Positions 26,935-37,490 of a stretch of 64,000 nucleotides of DNA are shown here, piece after piece. This DNA comes from Amoebidium appalachense. Lineage: Eukaryota; Protista; Ichthyosporea. Position numbers and translations under genes: made by a program. The notes beneath the pieces were generated by a model. That model searched no databases. It had not been told where the DNA came from and saw nothing but the letters and a program-made list of their open reading frames with translations. Each line of letters starts with the position of its first letter. Positions within the stretch are counted from its first letter, which is position 1. The DNA lies in the NCBI GenBank assembly GCA_963693365.1, contig CAVNZM010000011.1, positions 4,410,639-4,474,638 of the forward strand. The letters run 5' to 3'.

Positions 26935-27559
26935 GGGGGGGGGGGGGGGGAGGAAGGGAGTAGTGTAAAATAACAGGTGATCTTTAGGACACATAGAATA
27001 ATTTTTAGAGTCGTGCAATTATTCTTCTAGGTTCAGTATTAATCTAATATTAGCTAGCAAAGTAAGAAAAATTGGAACTGATGTCGATACTGATCAGATG
27101 AAAAAATCGTACATGTATACACTACAATCCAGATCTGCGTGCGCTAGATCTAGAATTCTTCATGTATATAGTGTGCGTACTACCCTTTTTTCATGACAGC
27201 AAGAAATTTTTTCACGCAAGAATAACATTACAAGAAAGTAACATATAAGCTATTGCGCGAAGCACTATTGTACATATTAATATTGATTCATTGATTGGAA
27301 ACCGAAGGTTATACATACATTAATCTTTCGTGGAATTTCAGTGTTTGGAATTTCAGTCCATTCAGCTACCAACCCCAACCCCCCCGATCCGAGTCCAAGT
27401 TTCCCACCCCTATTTGTACCCAATCATCGATCAGTGCGCTGGGCCTCCAAAAGTTTTTGCACCCGTTCAGCGCACATCGAAGGCCACTATATCAGCTCAG
27501 CCCCACGGTACGTTTAGACACATACAAACAGTGAGAGTAGCAAACTGCTGCGCACGATA

Positions 27560-30500
27560 ATGGTTTCTTCTCTGCCACAATGGGGGCTTTTGTCCCTAGT
27601 CGCACTGCAGGGTGCATCGGCGCTTCCGTCAAACTTTGCCGAGTATAGTCGCGATCGCCGCCAAGCAAGCACTGGCACGTACCCGCTGGTTGTGGGTCAA
27701 CAGACTGAATGTGGAACCGTGGGTGTGTCCTTCCCCACTAGCACCACGATCCGTGTGAGCTTTAACATCTACCCCAACTTCAACACAACCACTCTGCGCG
27801 CGACGCATGTTGCTGTCGGGTGCCGCCGCGACCTCATGACTCTCACTGCACCCGGCGATTTCAAGACCTATGCAACCGACCCCAAATACGGGGACTTTGT
27901 GACTGGGGACATCCACAGCTCCCTAGGTCTTGCGGGTGTGAGCTCGGACAGCTACACATTTGACCTAACGACTGCACTGAAGGATTGTGACCGGACAAAC
28001 GCGAGTACTCGCTTTATTGTCCATGCGCACGCCGATGTTAACGGCCCCGTGACTGGTACTGGATGGGGATGCAGCGCACGTGTCGGCACAAAAGATTGTG
28101 CTTGTAATGTGGCAACTGCAAGCAGGTGGATGTTCTGCATTGATGACATCAGATGTCCTGATCCATGCTCCAAATGTGGCGCAAACACCAACTGTGTCAA
28201 CGGCGCATGCACGTGCAAGGACACCTATGTTTGGGATGTCCAGGGTGTGAGCTGCAAGGAGGACCCGTGCAGGAAGTGCGGCGCCAACACCAACTGCATC
28301 AACGGACAGTGTGCCTGCAACACCGGCTTTGTGTGGGATGTTAACGGCGTCAGCTGCAGGGACGACCCGTGCAAGAAGTGCGGTGCCAACACCAACTGCG
28401 TCAACGGCGCATGCACGTGCAAGGACACCTACGTGTGGGACGTTACCGGCGTGAGCTGCAAGGAGGACCCGTGCAAGAAGTGCGGTGCCAACACCAACTG
28501 CGTCAACGGACAGTGTGCCTGCAACACCGGCTTTATTTGGGATGTTAACGGCGTCAGCTGCAAGGAGGACCCGTGCAAGAAGTGCGGTGCCAACACCAAC
28601 TGCGTCAACGGCGCATGCACGTGCAAGGACACCTACGTGTGGGACATTACCGGCATGAGCTGCAAGGAGGACCCGTGCAATAAGTGCGGCGCCAACACCA
28701 ACTGCGCCAACGGACTGTGTGCCTGCAATACCGGCTTTGTGTGGGGCGTGCAGGGTGTCAGCTGCAAGGACGACCCGTGCAAGAAGTGCGGTGCCAACAC
28801 CAACTGCGTCAACGGCGCATGCGCGTGCAAGGACACCTACGTGTGGGACGTTACCGGCGTGAGCTGCAAGGAGGACCCGTGCAAGAAGTGCGGCGCCAAC
28901 ACCAACTGCGTCAACGGCGAATGCACATGCAAGGACACCTATGTGTGGGACGTTACCGGCGTGAGCTGCAAGGAGGACCCGTGCAAGATGTGCGGTGCCA
29001 ACACCAACTGTGTCAACAGGGCATGCACATGCAAGGACACCTACGTGTGGGACGTTACCGGCGTGAGCTGCAAGGAGGACCCGTGCAAGAAGTGTGGCGC
29101 CAACACCAACTGCGTCAACGGCGTGTGCGCATGCAAGGACACCTACGTGTGGGACGTTACCGGCGTGACCTGCAAGGAGGACCCGTGCAAGAAGTGCGGT
29201 GCCAACACCAACTGTGCCAACGGACAGTGTGCTTGCAACACCGGCTTTGTGTGGGATGTTAACGGCGTCAGCTGCAAGGACGACCCATGCAAGAAGTGCG
29301 GTGCCAACACCAACTGCGTCAACGGCGCATGTGCGTGCAAGGACACCTATGTGTGGGACGTTACCGGCGTAAGCTGCAAGGAGGACCCGTGCAAGAAGTG
29401 CGGTGCCAACACCAACTGCGTCAACGGCGCATGCGCGTGCAAGGACACCTATGTGTGGGACGTTACCGGCGTGAGCTGCAAGGAGGACCCGTGCAAGAAG
29501 TGTGGCGCCAACACCAACTGCGTCAACGGCGTGTGCACATGCAAGGACACCTACGTGTGGGACGTTACCGGCGTGACCTGCAAGGAGGACACGTGCAAGA
29601 AGTGCGGTGCCAACACCAACTGTGCCAACGGACAGTGTGCTTGCAACACCGGCTTTGTGTGGGATGTTAACGGCGTCAGCTGCAAGGACGACCCATGCAA
29701 GAAGTGCGGTGCCAACACCAACTGCGTCAACGGCGCATGCGCGTGCAAGGACACCTATGTGTGGGACGTTACCGGCGTAAGCTGCAAGGACGACCCGTGC
29801 AAGAAGTGCGGTGCCAACACCAACTGCGTCAACGGGCAGTGTGCCTGCAACACCGGCTTTGTGTGGGACGTTACCGGCGTAAGCTGCAAGGACGACCCGT
29901 GCAAGAAGTGCGGTGCCAACACCAACTGCGTCAACGGACAGTGTGCCTGCAACACCGGCTTTGTGTGGGACGTTACCGGCGTTGCCTGCAAGGACGACCC
30001 GTGCAAGAAGTGCGGTGCCAACACCAACTGCGCCAACGGCGCGTGCACATGCAAGGACACCTACGTGTGGGACGTCCAGGGTGTCAGCTGCAAGGAGGAC
30101 CCGTGCAAGATTTGCGGCGCCAACACCAACTGCGCCAACGGACAGTGTGCCTGCAATACCGGCTTTGTCTGGGACGTGCAGGGTGTCAGCTGCAAGGTGT
30201 CTGCAGACCCATGCACCAAGTGTGGTGTTAACACCGTCTGTGCCTACGGGCAGTGTTTGTGCAAGCCGGGCTTTGTGTGGGACGTCCAGGGTCTTAGCTG
30301 CAAGGAGGACCCGTGCAAGATGTGTGGTGCCAACACCAACTGTGTCAACGGGGCATGCGCATGCAAGGACACCTACGTGTGGGACGTTACCGGCGTGAGC
30401 TGCAAGGAGGACCCGTGCAAGAAGTGCGGCGCCAACACCAACTGCGTCAACGGACAGTGTGCCTGCAACACCGGCTTTGTTTGGGATGTTAACGGCGTCA

Positions 30501-32785
30501 GCTGCAAGGACGACCCGTGCAAGAAGTGCGGTGCCAACACCAACTGCGTCAACGGCGCATGCGCGTGCAAGGACACCTACGTGTGGGACGTTACCGGCGT
30601 GAGCTGCAAGGAGGACCCGTGCAAGAAGTGCGGTGCCAACACCAACTGCGTCAATGGTCAGTGTGCCTGCAACACCAGCTTTGTTTGGGATGTTAACGGC
30701 GTCAGCTGCAAGGAGGACCCGTGCAAGAAGTGCGGTGCCAACACCATCTGCGTCAACGGCGCATGCGCATGCAAGGACACCTACGTGTGGGACGTCCAGG
30801 GTGTCAGCTGCAAGGAGGACCTGTGCAAGAAGTGCGGCGCCAACACCAAATGTGTCAACGGTCAATGCGCTTGCAACACCGGTTATGTCTGGGACATCCA
30901 GGGTGTCAGCTGCAAGGTCCCCGCAGAAGACCCGTGCGCCAAGTGCGGTGTTAACACCGTGTGTGCCTACGGGCAGTGTTTGTGCAAGCCGGGCTTTGTG
31001 TGGGACGTACAGGGTGTCAGCTGCAAGCCACGTCCCGACCCGTGTGCCAAGTGCGGGGCAAACACCGAATGTGAATATGGTCTGTGTATGTGCCAGGATG
31101 GCTTCATCTGGGACGTCCAGGGTGTCAGCTGCAAGGTGGACCCGTGCAAGAAGTGCGGCGCGAACACCAACTGCATCAACGGACAGTGTGCCTGCAAGAC
31201 CGGCTACGTGTGGGACGTCCAGGGTGTTAGCTGCAAGGTTCCCGCAGACCCATGCGCCAAGTGTGGTGTTAACACCGTGTGTGCCTACGGGCAGTGTTTG
31301 TGCAAGCCGGGCTTTGTGTGGGACGTACAGGGTGTCAGCTGCAAGCCACGTCCCGACCCGTGTGCCAAGTGCGGGGCAAACACCGAATGTGAATATGGTC
31401 TGTGTATGTGCCAGGATGGCTTCATCTGGGACGTCCAGGGTGTCAGCTGCAAGGTGGACCCGTGCAAGAAGTGCGGTGCCAACACCAACTGCGCCAACGG
31501 ACAGTGTGCCTGCAACACCGGCTTTGTGTGGGACGTACAGGGTGTCAGCTGCAAGGAGGACCCCTGCAAGAAGTGTGGCGCCAACACCAACTGCGTCAAC
31601 GGACAGTGTGCCTGCAACACCGGCTTTGTGTGGGACGTGCAGGGTGTCACCTGCAAGGTACTTGCAGACCCATGCACCAAGTGTGGTGTTAACACCGTGT
31701 GTGCCTACGGGCAGTGTTTGTGCAAGCCCGGCTTTGTGTGGGACGTCCAGGGTGTCAGCTGCAAGGAGGACCCCTGCAAGAAGTGTGGCGCCAACACCAA
31801 CTGCGTCAACGGACAGTGTGCCTGCAACACCGGTTTTGTGTGGGACGTGCAGGGTGTTAGCTGCAAGGTTCCCGCAGACCCATGTGCCAAGTGTGGCGTT
31901 AACACCGTGTGTGCCTACGAGCAGTGTTTGTGCAAGCCGGGCTTTGTGTGGGACGTCCAGGGTGTCAGCTGCAAGGAGGACCCCTGCAAGAAGTGTGGTG
32001 CCAACACCAACTGCGTCAACGGACAGTGTGCCTGCAACACCGGCTTTGTGTGGGACGTGCAGGGTGTCAGCTGCAAGATGCCCTCAGAGGACCCATGCAA
32101 GAAATGTGGCGCCAACACGGTTTGCACCAACGGACAGTGTGCCTGCAAGCCAGGCTTCGAGTGGGATGTGCAGGGGGTCAGCTGCAAGGACGTCAACGAG
32201 TGTGACCGCAAGTGGGATAACTGCGACCGTGTTAACGGTCGCTGCAACAACACCGTGGGTACTTTCACCTGCACGTGCAACAGTGGCTACACGGGTGCTG
32301 GCATCACAACATCGCCGTGCAAGCCTAATGGCTCCGGGATCGAGTACTGCTCGTTGTATGGTCAGGTGAACAACGCTGGCAAGGTGACGGTCACTAATGC
32401 CGGCAGCCAGCTCACGATTTCCATCGACACCAGCAACATCAACATGAAAATCAAGGAGTCGCACCTCGCCGTTGCCTGCTCGTTGGCTGGCATTCCCAAC
32501 ACTCGTGGCACTCCCGTCCCAGGTGCATTCAGACAGTGTGACGGCAAGACGTGTGTTGGTGCACAGCACACCGTCGGCAAGATGACCGATAGCTACTCTC
32601 TTAACGTGTCCGGGCTCAAGTGCACACAGCTGACCGTGGTGGTTCACTATGTGCTTGCTAACGGCGAGACGACGTTTGGCTGCGGCAAGTGCTTGGCTCT
32701 CACCTCTGCCCAGTCCAAGTGTGCCTATGAGTTCCCCAACACCAACAGGTGGTCGTACTATATCCCTTACACCATAAAGGCATAA
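27560..32785 (+). CDS. Intronless 1741-aa secreted Cys-rich protein: signal peptide, RDRR cleavage site, globular domain X, 39 EGF-like repeats, cbEGF, domain X'
   Basis: Single open frame ATG to TAA with strong GC3 codon bias. Hydrophobic N-terminus ending ASA. Repeat DPCxxCGxNTxCxxGxCxCxxxxxWDVxGVSCK. DVNEC..C..C.NTVGTFTC.C..GY.G calcium-binding EGF consensus. No TM or GPI tail. Confidence 0.95.
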   Translation: MVSSLPQWGLLSLVALQGASALPSNFAEYSRDRRQASTGTYPLVVGQQTECGTVGVSFPTSTTIRVSFNIYPNFNTTTLRATHVAVGCRRDLMTLTAPGDFKTYATDPKYGDFVTGDIHSSLGLAGVSSDSYTFDLTTALKDCDRTNASTRFIVHAHADVNGPVTGTGWGCSARVGTKDCACNVATASRWMFCIDDIRCPDPCSKCGANTNCVNGACTCKDTYVWDVQGVSCKEDPCRKCGANTNCINGQCACNTGFVWDVNGVSCRDDPCKKCGANTNCVNGACTCKDTYVWDVTGVSCKEDPCKKCGANTNCVNGQCACNTGFIWDVNGVSCKEDPCKKCGANTNCVNGACTCKDTYVWDITGMSCKEDPCNKCGANTNCANGLCACNTGFVWGVQGVSCKDDPCKKCGANTNCVNGACACKDTYVWDVTGVSCKEDPCKKCGANTNCVNGECTCKDTYVWDVTGVSCKEDPCKMCGANTNCVNRACTCKDTYVWDVTGVSCKEDPCKKCGANTNCVNGVCACKDTYVWDVTGVTCKEDPCKKCGANTNCANGQCACNTGFVWDVNGVSCKDDPCKKCGANTNCVNGACACKDTYVWDVTGVSCKEDPCKKCGANTNCVNGACACKDTYVWDVTGVSCKEDPCKKCGANTNCVNGVCTCKDTYVWDVTGVTCKEDTCKKCGANTNCANGQCACNTGFVWDVNGVSCKDDPCKKCGANTNCVNGACACKDTYVWDVTGVSCKDDPCKKCGANTNCVNGQCACNTGFVWDVTGVSCKDDPCKKCGANTNCVNGQCACNTGFVWDVTGVACKDDPCKKCGANTNCANGACTCKDTYVWDVQGVSCKEDPCKICGANTNCANGQCACNTGFVWDVQGVSCKVSADPCTKCGVNTVCAYGQCLCKPGFVWDVQGLSCKEDPCKMCGANTNCVNGACACKDTYVWDVTGVSCKEDPCKKCGANTNCVNGQCACNTGFVWDVNGVSCKDDPCKKCGANTNCVNGACACKDTYVWDVTGVSCKEDPCKKCGANTNCVNGQCACNTSFVWDVNGVSCKEDPCKKCGANTICVNGACACKDTYVWDVQGVSCKEDLCKKCGANTKCVNGQCACNTGYVWDIQGVSCKVPAEDPCAKCGVNTVCAYGQCLCKPGFVWDVQGVSCKPRPDPCAKCGANTECEYGLCMCQDGFIWDVQGVSCKVDPCKKCGANTNCINGQCACKTGYVWDVQGVSCKVPADPCAKCGVNTVCAYGQCLCKPGFVWDVQGVSCKPRPDPCAKCGANTECEYGLCMCQDGFIWDVQGVSCKVDPCKKCGANTNCANGQCACNTGFVWDVQGVSCKEDPCKKCGANTNCVNGQCACNTGFVWDVQGVTCKVLADPCTKCGVNTVCAYGQCLCKPGFVWDVQGVSCKEDPCKKCGANTNCVNGQCACNTGFVWDVQGVSCKVPADPCAKCGVNTVCAYEQCLCKPGFVWDVQGVSCKEDPCKKCGANTNCVNGQCACNTGFVWDVQGVSCKMPSEDPCKKCGANTVCTNGQCACKPGFEWDVQGVSCKDVNECDRKWDNCDRVNGRCNNTVGTFTCTCNSGYTGAGITTSPCKPNGSGIEYCSLYGQVNNAGKVTVTNAGSQLTISIDTSNINMKIKESHLAVACSLAGIPNTRGTPVPGAFRQCDGKTCVGAQHTVGKMTDSYSLNVSGLKCTQLTVVVHYVLANGETTFGCGKCLALTSAQSKCAYEFPNTNRWSYYIPYTIKA
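28160..32188 (+). repeat. Coding tandem array of 39 units of 102-111 bp
   Basis: Counted from the translation; all six Cys are invariant in all units. Confidence 0.95.
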
Positions 32786-33082
32786 GCAAACTTTTGCCGC
32801 TTGTCGCGTGTATCATGTCGCATGTATCTAGTTGTATAGTTTTTTATAATGTACAAAGACTTGATAACCACCAACTCAATATATTATATTTAGTAGCTCC
32901 TCCAAGGCGTGCATGTGGACTCTATACCCAACTGTGTTGGGTTGAGTTTCTAGTGTGATGAGAAAACTGTCCATATTTAGTAAAAGCAGTCGTAAAAACA
33001 AAACCGAATCTCTGTTTGAGTCCTGTATCTACACCCCCCCTCTCCCCTCCCCGTAGGCCATCCCCCCCTCGGGCAAAGGCAT

Positions 33083-33265
33083 CGGCCCAGTCTGAGATTG
33101 TGTGTGTTGCGGGAAGGAGAAGGGGGGGGGGTAGCTGTGTCTGGCCCTGGGCCGAGATTGTGTGTGTTGCGGGAAGGAGAAGGGGGGGGTAGCTGTGTCT
33201 GGCCTCTGCCCAGTCTGAGACTGTGTGTGTTGCGGGAAGGAGAAGGGGGGGTAGCTGTGTCTGGT
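33083..33265 (+). repeat. ~60-bp minisatellite, 3 copies
   Basis: [35 protein letters not shown](G)TAGCTGTGTCTGG x3. Confidence 0.9.
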
Positions 33266-34405
33266 GTTGCACACGAAAAACGTTTATGTGCATGTATGTC
33301 CTTGGGTGGGTGGGGGTCCGGGGAGGGGAGGGGGAAAGGGGAGAAGAGGGGCCCCGGGAGGATTAGAAGGGGAAAGGTGGGGGGGGGGAAGCTACGAAAA
33401 ACGTGTATGTGTGTGCAGGTTGCTTGTGCTGCAGTCGAAGTGGCTAAGTGTTCGTGCCTGTGACCGGGTGGGTGCGTGAGTGGGTGGGTGGGGGGAGGGA
33501 GGCCCCGGGTTGGGGGGGGGGAGGGGGGGAGAAGAAGGGGAGGGCTGGCCTGAGCCGCAGTCGAAATGGCTGTGTTCGTGTTTGTGGTCCGAGGAAGGGG
33601 GGGGGGGGGGGGGGGGGGGGGGGTTGTTGGAGGCAGGGGGGGGGGGGGGGAGGGAGGGGGCTCTTGCCTGTGTCATGTTGTACATACACTGCAGTGGAAT
33701 GCTTCGTGTTTGTGACCGGGAGGGGTTGGGGTTTGGGGAGGGCTGTGTCCGTCCCACGTACTGCAGCATAGTGTTCGTGCTCGTGACGGGTGGGTCCATG
33801 GTGCTGATGGTGGTCACGGGTGGTGGTGATAGTGGTGGGGGGAGGGGGGGGGGGGAGAGGGAGGGGGGAGGGGGAAGGGGTGGAGGGGAGGGGGGAGGGG
33901 ACGGGGGAAGGGGAGGGGAGGAATTGGGGGGGCAGGGGTTACAGTGTGTGTTTGTGTGTGTGTGTGTGTGGTTGGGGGGGGGGGGGGGGGGGGGCGCTGG
34001 GGAGGGCTTACACGAGGTGCAAGTGTCCTCATGCAGTGTGGTGTGTATTTGCGTGTGAGACGTCGACAGTGTGTGGTGAACTTGTGAGGATGTCCTGCTT
34101 TGCCCATTGCCATATCACTAGAATGTGTGGTTGTATGTGTGTGCGTGTTTTGCCGCAGCATCACACAACCAAGCTGTGTGTGTGTGTTTGTTTGTGCTGA
34201 AAAAAATTGCATGATCCGAGGTCCCCCCCCCCCCTCTCCCCCCCCCCCCCCCCCCCCCCCCCCCCTTCCCCCCCCCCAGTGCGCTCCTCCTAAGCCTCTC
34301 AAACACACACGGCACTGGGACTCTTTCACACAAAAAACTTGCTGAGTGTGTTTTTGTATGTATTTGTGTGTGTGTCTGTGTGTGTGTGTGTGTGCGCGTG
34401 TGCCT

Positions 34406-34437
<32 letters not shown>

Positions 34438-34457
34438 TTGTGTGCGTGCGTGCGTGC

Positions 34458-34502
<45 letters not shown>

Positions 34503-34841
34503 TGTGTCTGCATGTGCGTGTGTTCGGTTTGTTTCCGTCATTTTGCTTCTTCTCTATCATATTTTCCTGGGGGCCGGGGGGGGGGGGGGGGGGGGGGGGA
34601 GGCTGGAGGGGGGGCCAGGGAAGAAGGGGGAAAGGGGGGGGGGGGGGGGGGGGGGGGGGGAGGGTCAAGGGGACCGGACTAGATTACTCTGAATGCTGCA
34701 TTAAGACGACAATAGGGCTAACAGGCAAAGCATGCAAATACGTGATATGCAAGTCATGCAGCCCCGGGAACTTCAAATGTTTGTGTGCCGAGGTATAATA
34801 CAATCAAAAGGACTTAAACAGGTGAGAGCAGTGTGTGTGTG

Positions 34842-34874
<33 letters not shown>

Positions 34875-35060
34875 TCTGCTTCTTCTGTTCCTGTAGTCCC
34901 CCCCCCCCCCCCCCCCCCCCCCCAAACCCACCACACACACATCCACCAACCACCACCACCACCAGGACCCCTGCAATTCACTCCTCTGTTTCTTTTTTCC
35001 AGAGTCACTTTTTCCTTTCGGAGGCTCCCCTTTGGCTCTTAACAATCCATTCCCCCCCCC

Positions 35061-35153
<93 letters not shown>

Positions 35154-35989
35154 CCAGGAGGGATGGGGGGAGGGGAGGGACTCGGAACGAGAGGGAGAAA
35201 AAGTGTGTGGAGGAGGGAATGCAAAGGTTATGGATGAGAGCATTTCAAAGAGTAGACAAACCTTTAACCATGGGGATTGGGCGCCCGGGGGGGGGGGGGG
35301 GGAGGGGGGGGGGGGGGGGGGCGGGGGGAGGGGGGATGGGGGGAGGAGGAGGGGGGGGGGGGGGGGGAGGGGGAGTAATCAATGTACACAAGGCATAGGC
35401 GCAAGCAACCCGTTTCTAGTTGCATATGTAGTCTTTTATATTATTATTATTGGTGGATGTGTAGGTCACACGAGACGAAATGAGTGCCTATGTAGCCACA
35501 TACTACACAAAAAGGCAGGGGGTATACACAAGGTGACTATTACTATCAAACACAATTCCGGTTTTGTCTGGTCAATGTCCTAGTGGTGGCTCCCATCCGT
35601 ATTCCTATTCACTGATAAGGTTCGACTGTACTCCCATTCACTGATAAGGCACCAAAATCGGTCGAGGTAAAATGTACATACAAAAAGAGTTTGGATTTTA
35701 CATGAAAAAAACGAATGTTACTACCCACCGCTGACATTACTCATAACGATTCCTAAATCATGGCCGTTGTAGAGTCGTGATATTGTGAAGTGTACCGACT
35801 CACTCCGACATCTCGTGCTCAGATGCAGATCGCCGGCGTTTTCCTGTAAGAAAACAAACGGTCAGCATCATCTCAGTGTGTGCAAACAAACAAGCAAGAC
35901 ACGGCGCCTATGAGAGACATGCACACATGAAGGATGAGCGGGCATGCATGTGTGTTTGTGTGTTTGTGTGTGTGTTTGTGTGTATGTGT

Positions 35990-36037
<48 letters not shown>

Positions 36038-36809
36038 AAGGGGGGGGAGGGGAGAGAGGGGGAGTTCCCTGAAGGTAGATTAGGGGGTAGAGGTGGAATT
36101 GAGGAAGGCTGTTGGGAAAATGGGAGGGAGAGGGGAAGGGGTTGGGGGAGGGAGAGGGGAGAGGGAGAGAGGGAGAGGGGGGGGGGAGGGGGGAGGGGAG
36201 AGGGGGAGGGGGAGGGGGGAGGGGGAGGGTGAGGGGGGAGGGGGAGGGGGAGGGAGGGGGAGGGGGGGAAAGAGAGGGTAGGGGGGGGGAGGGAGGATGG
36301 GTGGGAGGGAGGGAGTGAGGGAGTGGGAGGTGATCAACACTTGGTCGTCGAAACACACCGACTAATTTCGAATGCTGGGGGGAAGCAGATACAGGCAGGT
36401 GGCCAAGGGAATATCCAATTTGGTAGGTGGCATAAGGAGTCGGGGGGGGGGGGGGGGGGGGGGGGGAGGGGGGGGGAGACTAAGATGGAAACTCTGCTTG
36501 TACACTCGGCGTGTGTAGCATTCAATATCAAGGCTACTAGCATGCATGTGAGGTGGAAGGGAGTGGAGCAGGGGATTGCCGGTTGCAAGATTGTGTGTGT
36601 GTGTGTGTGAGGCAGGGTAGGGTTTGGGGGGGGGGGGGGAGGGGGGAAGGAGTGGTGAAAGAAGAGTGGGAGGTGAGAGAAGGGTGGTGAAATGGTGGTG
36701 GTGGGGGGGGGGGGGGGGGAGGGGGGGGGGGGGGAGCTTCGGGGGAGAAGGGTGGGGCGGCAAAAAGAAGGGGGGGGGGGGGGGGGGGGGGAGAGGGGAA
36801 AGGGAGTAG

Positions 36810-37490
36810 TTGAATGTAACTGATGACCGGAATAAGTGCAAAGCCGACGAATAAATGCAGATTCGACGAAAGGTGAAACAGCACTCACAACTTCGCTCTC
36901 GTATTGGAGGAGGGCTGGAGAAGATGGGGAGGTGCTGGGTGGGGGTTCGGGGGTGGGTGGGTGGGTGGGTGGGGGGCGGGGAGGGGGGGGGGGGGTTGGG
37001 GGAGAAGGCGGAGAGTTTGGGGGGGGGGGGGGGGGGGGGTTGAATGTAACTGATGATCGAAAGTGCAAAGCCAACGAATAATTACAGATTCAATGAAAGA
37101 TGAAACAGCACTCAAAACTCCACTTCCGTATTGAAGGAGGGTTGGGGATTATGGGGAGTTTTTTTGGGGAGGGGGGAGGGGGGAGTTGCATGTAACTGAT
37201 GACTGAAATAAGTTCAAATCCAAGGAATAAAAGTAGATTCGATGAAGGATAAACCAGCACTCAAACCTTCACTCTCGTATTGGAGGAGGGTTGGGGAAGG
37301 TGGGGAGGTGGGAGGTGGCGGTGGTGGTGAGGGGGTGGGGGAGAGGGCCTTGGGTGACAATTGTGGGAGGCGGAAGGTGGGGGGGGGGAAGGGGGGGGAG
37401 TTGAATGTGACTGATGATTGAAATAAGTGCAAAACTAACGAATATGGAGCAGAAATCACATCTTCGCTCTCGTATTGGAGGAGGGTTTGG
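36810..37490 (+). repeat. Four-copy array of a ~110-nt core separated by variable G-rich spacers
   Basis: TTGAATGTAACTGATGA...AAGTGCAAA...CAGCACTCA...CTCTCGTATTGGAGGAGGG at about 36810, 37040, 37186 and 37401. Confidence 0.9.

Noticed and set aside
27965-32369. 966-aa antisense ORF and 578-aa alternate-frame ORF over the EGF gene
   Set aside because: Shadows of a codon-biased tandem repeat; only the Cys frame shows invariant residues and a signal peptide.
36810-37490. CRISPR-like repeat-spacer appearance
   Set aside because: Eukaryotic context, ~110-nt diverged repeats, low-complexity spacers and no cas genes.
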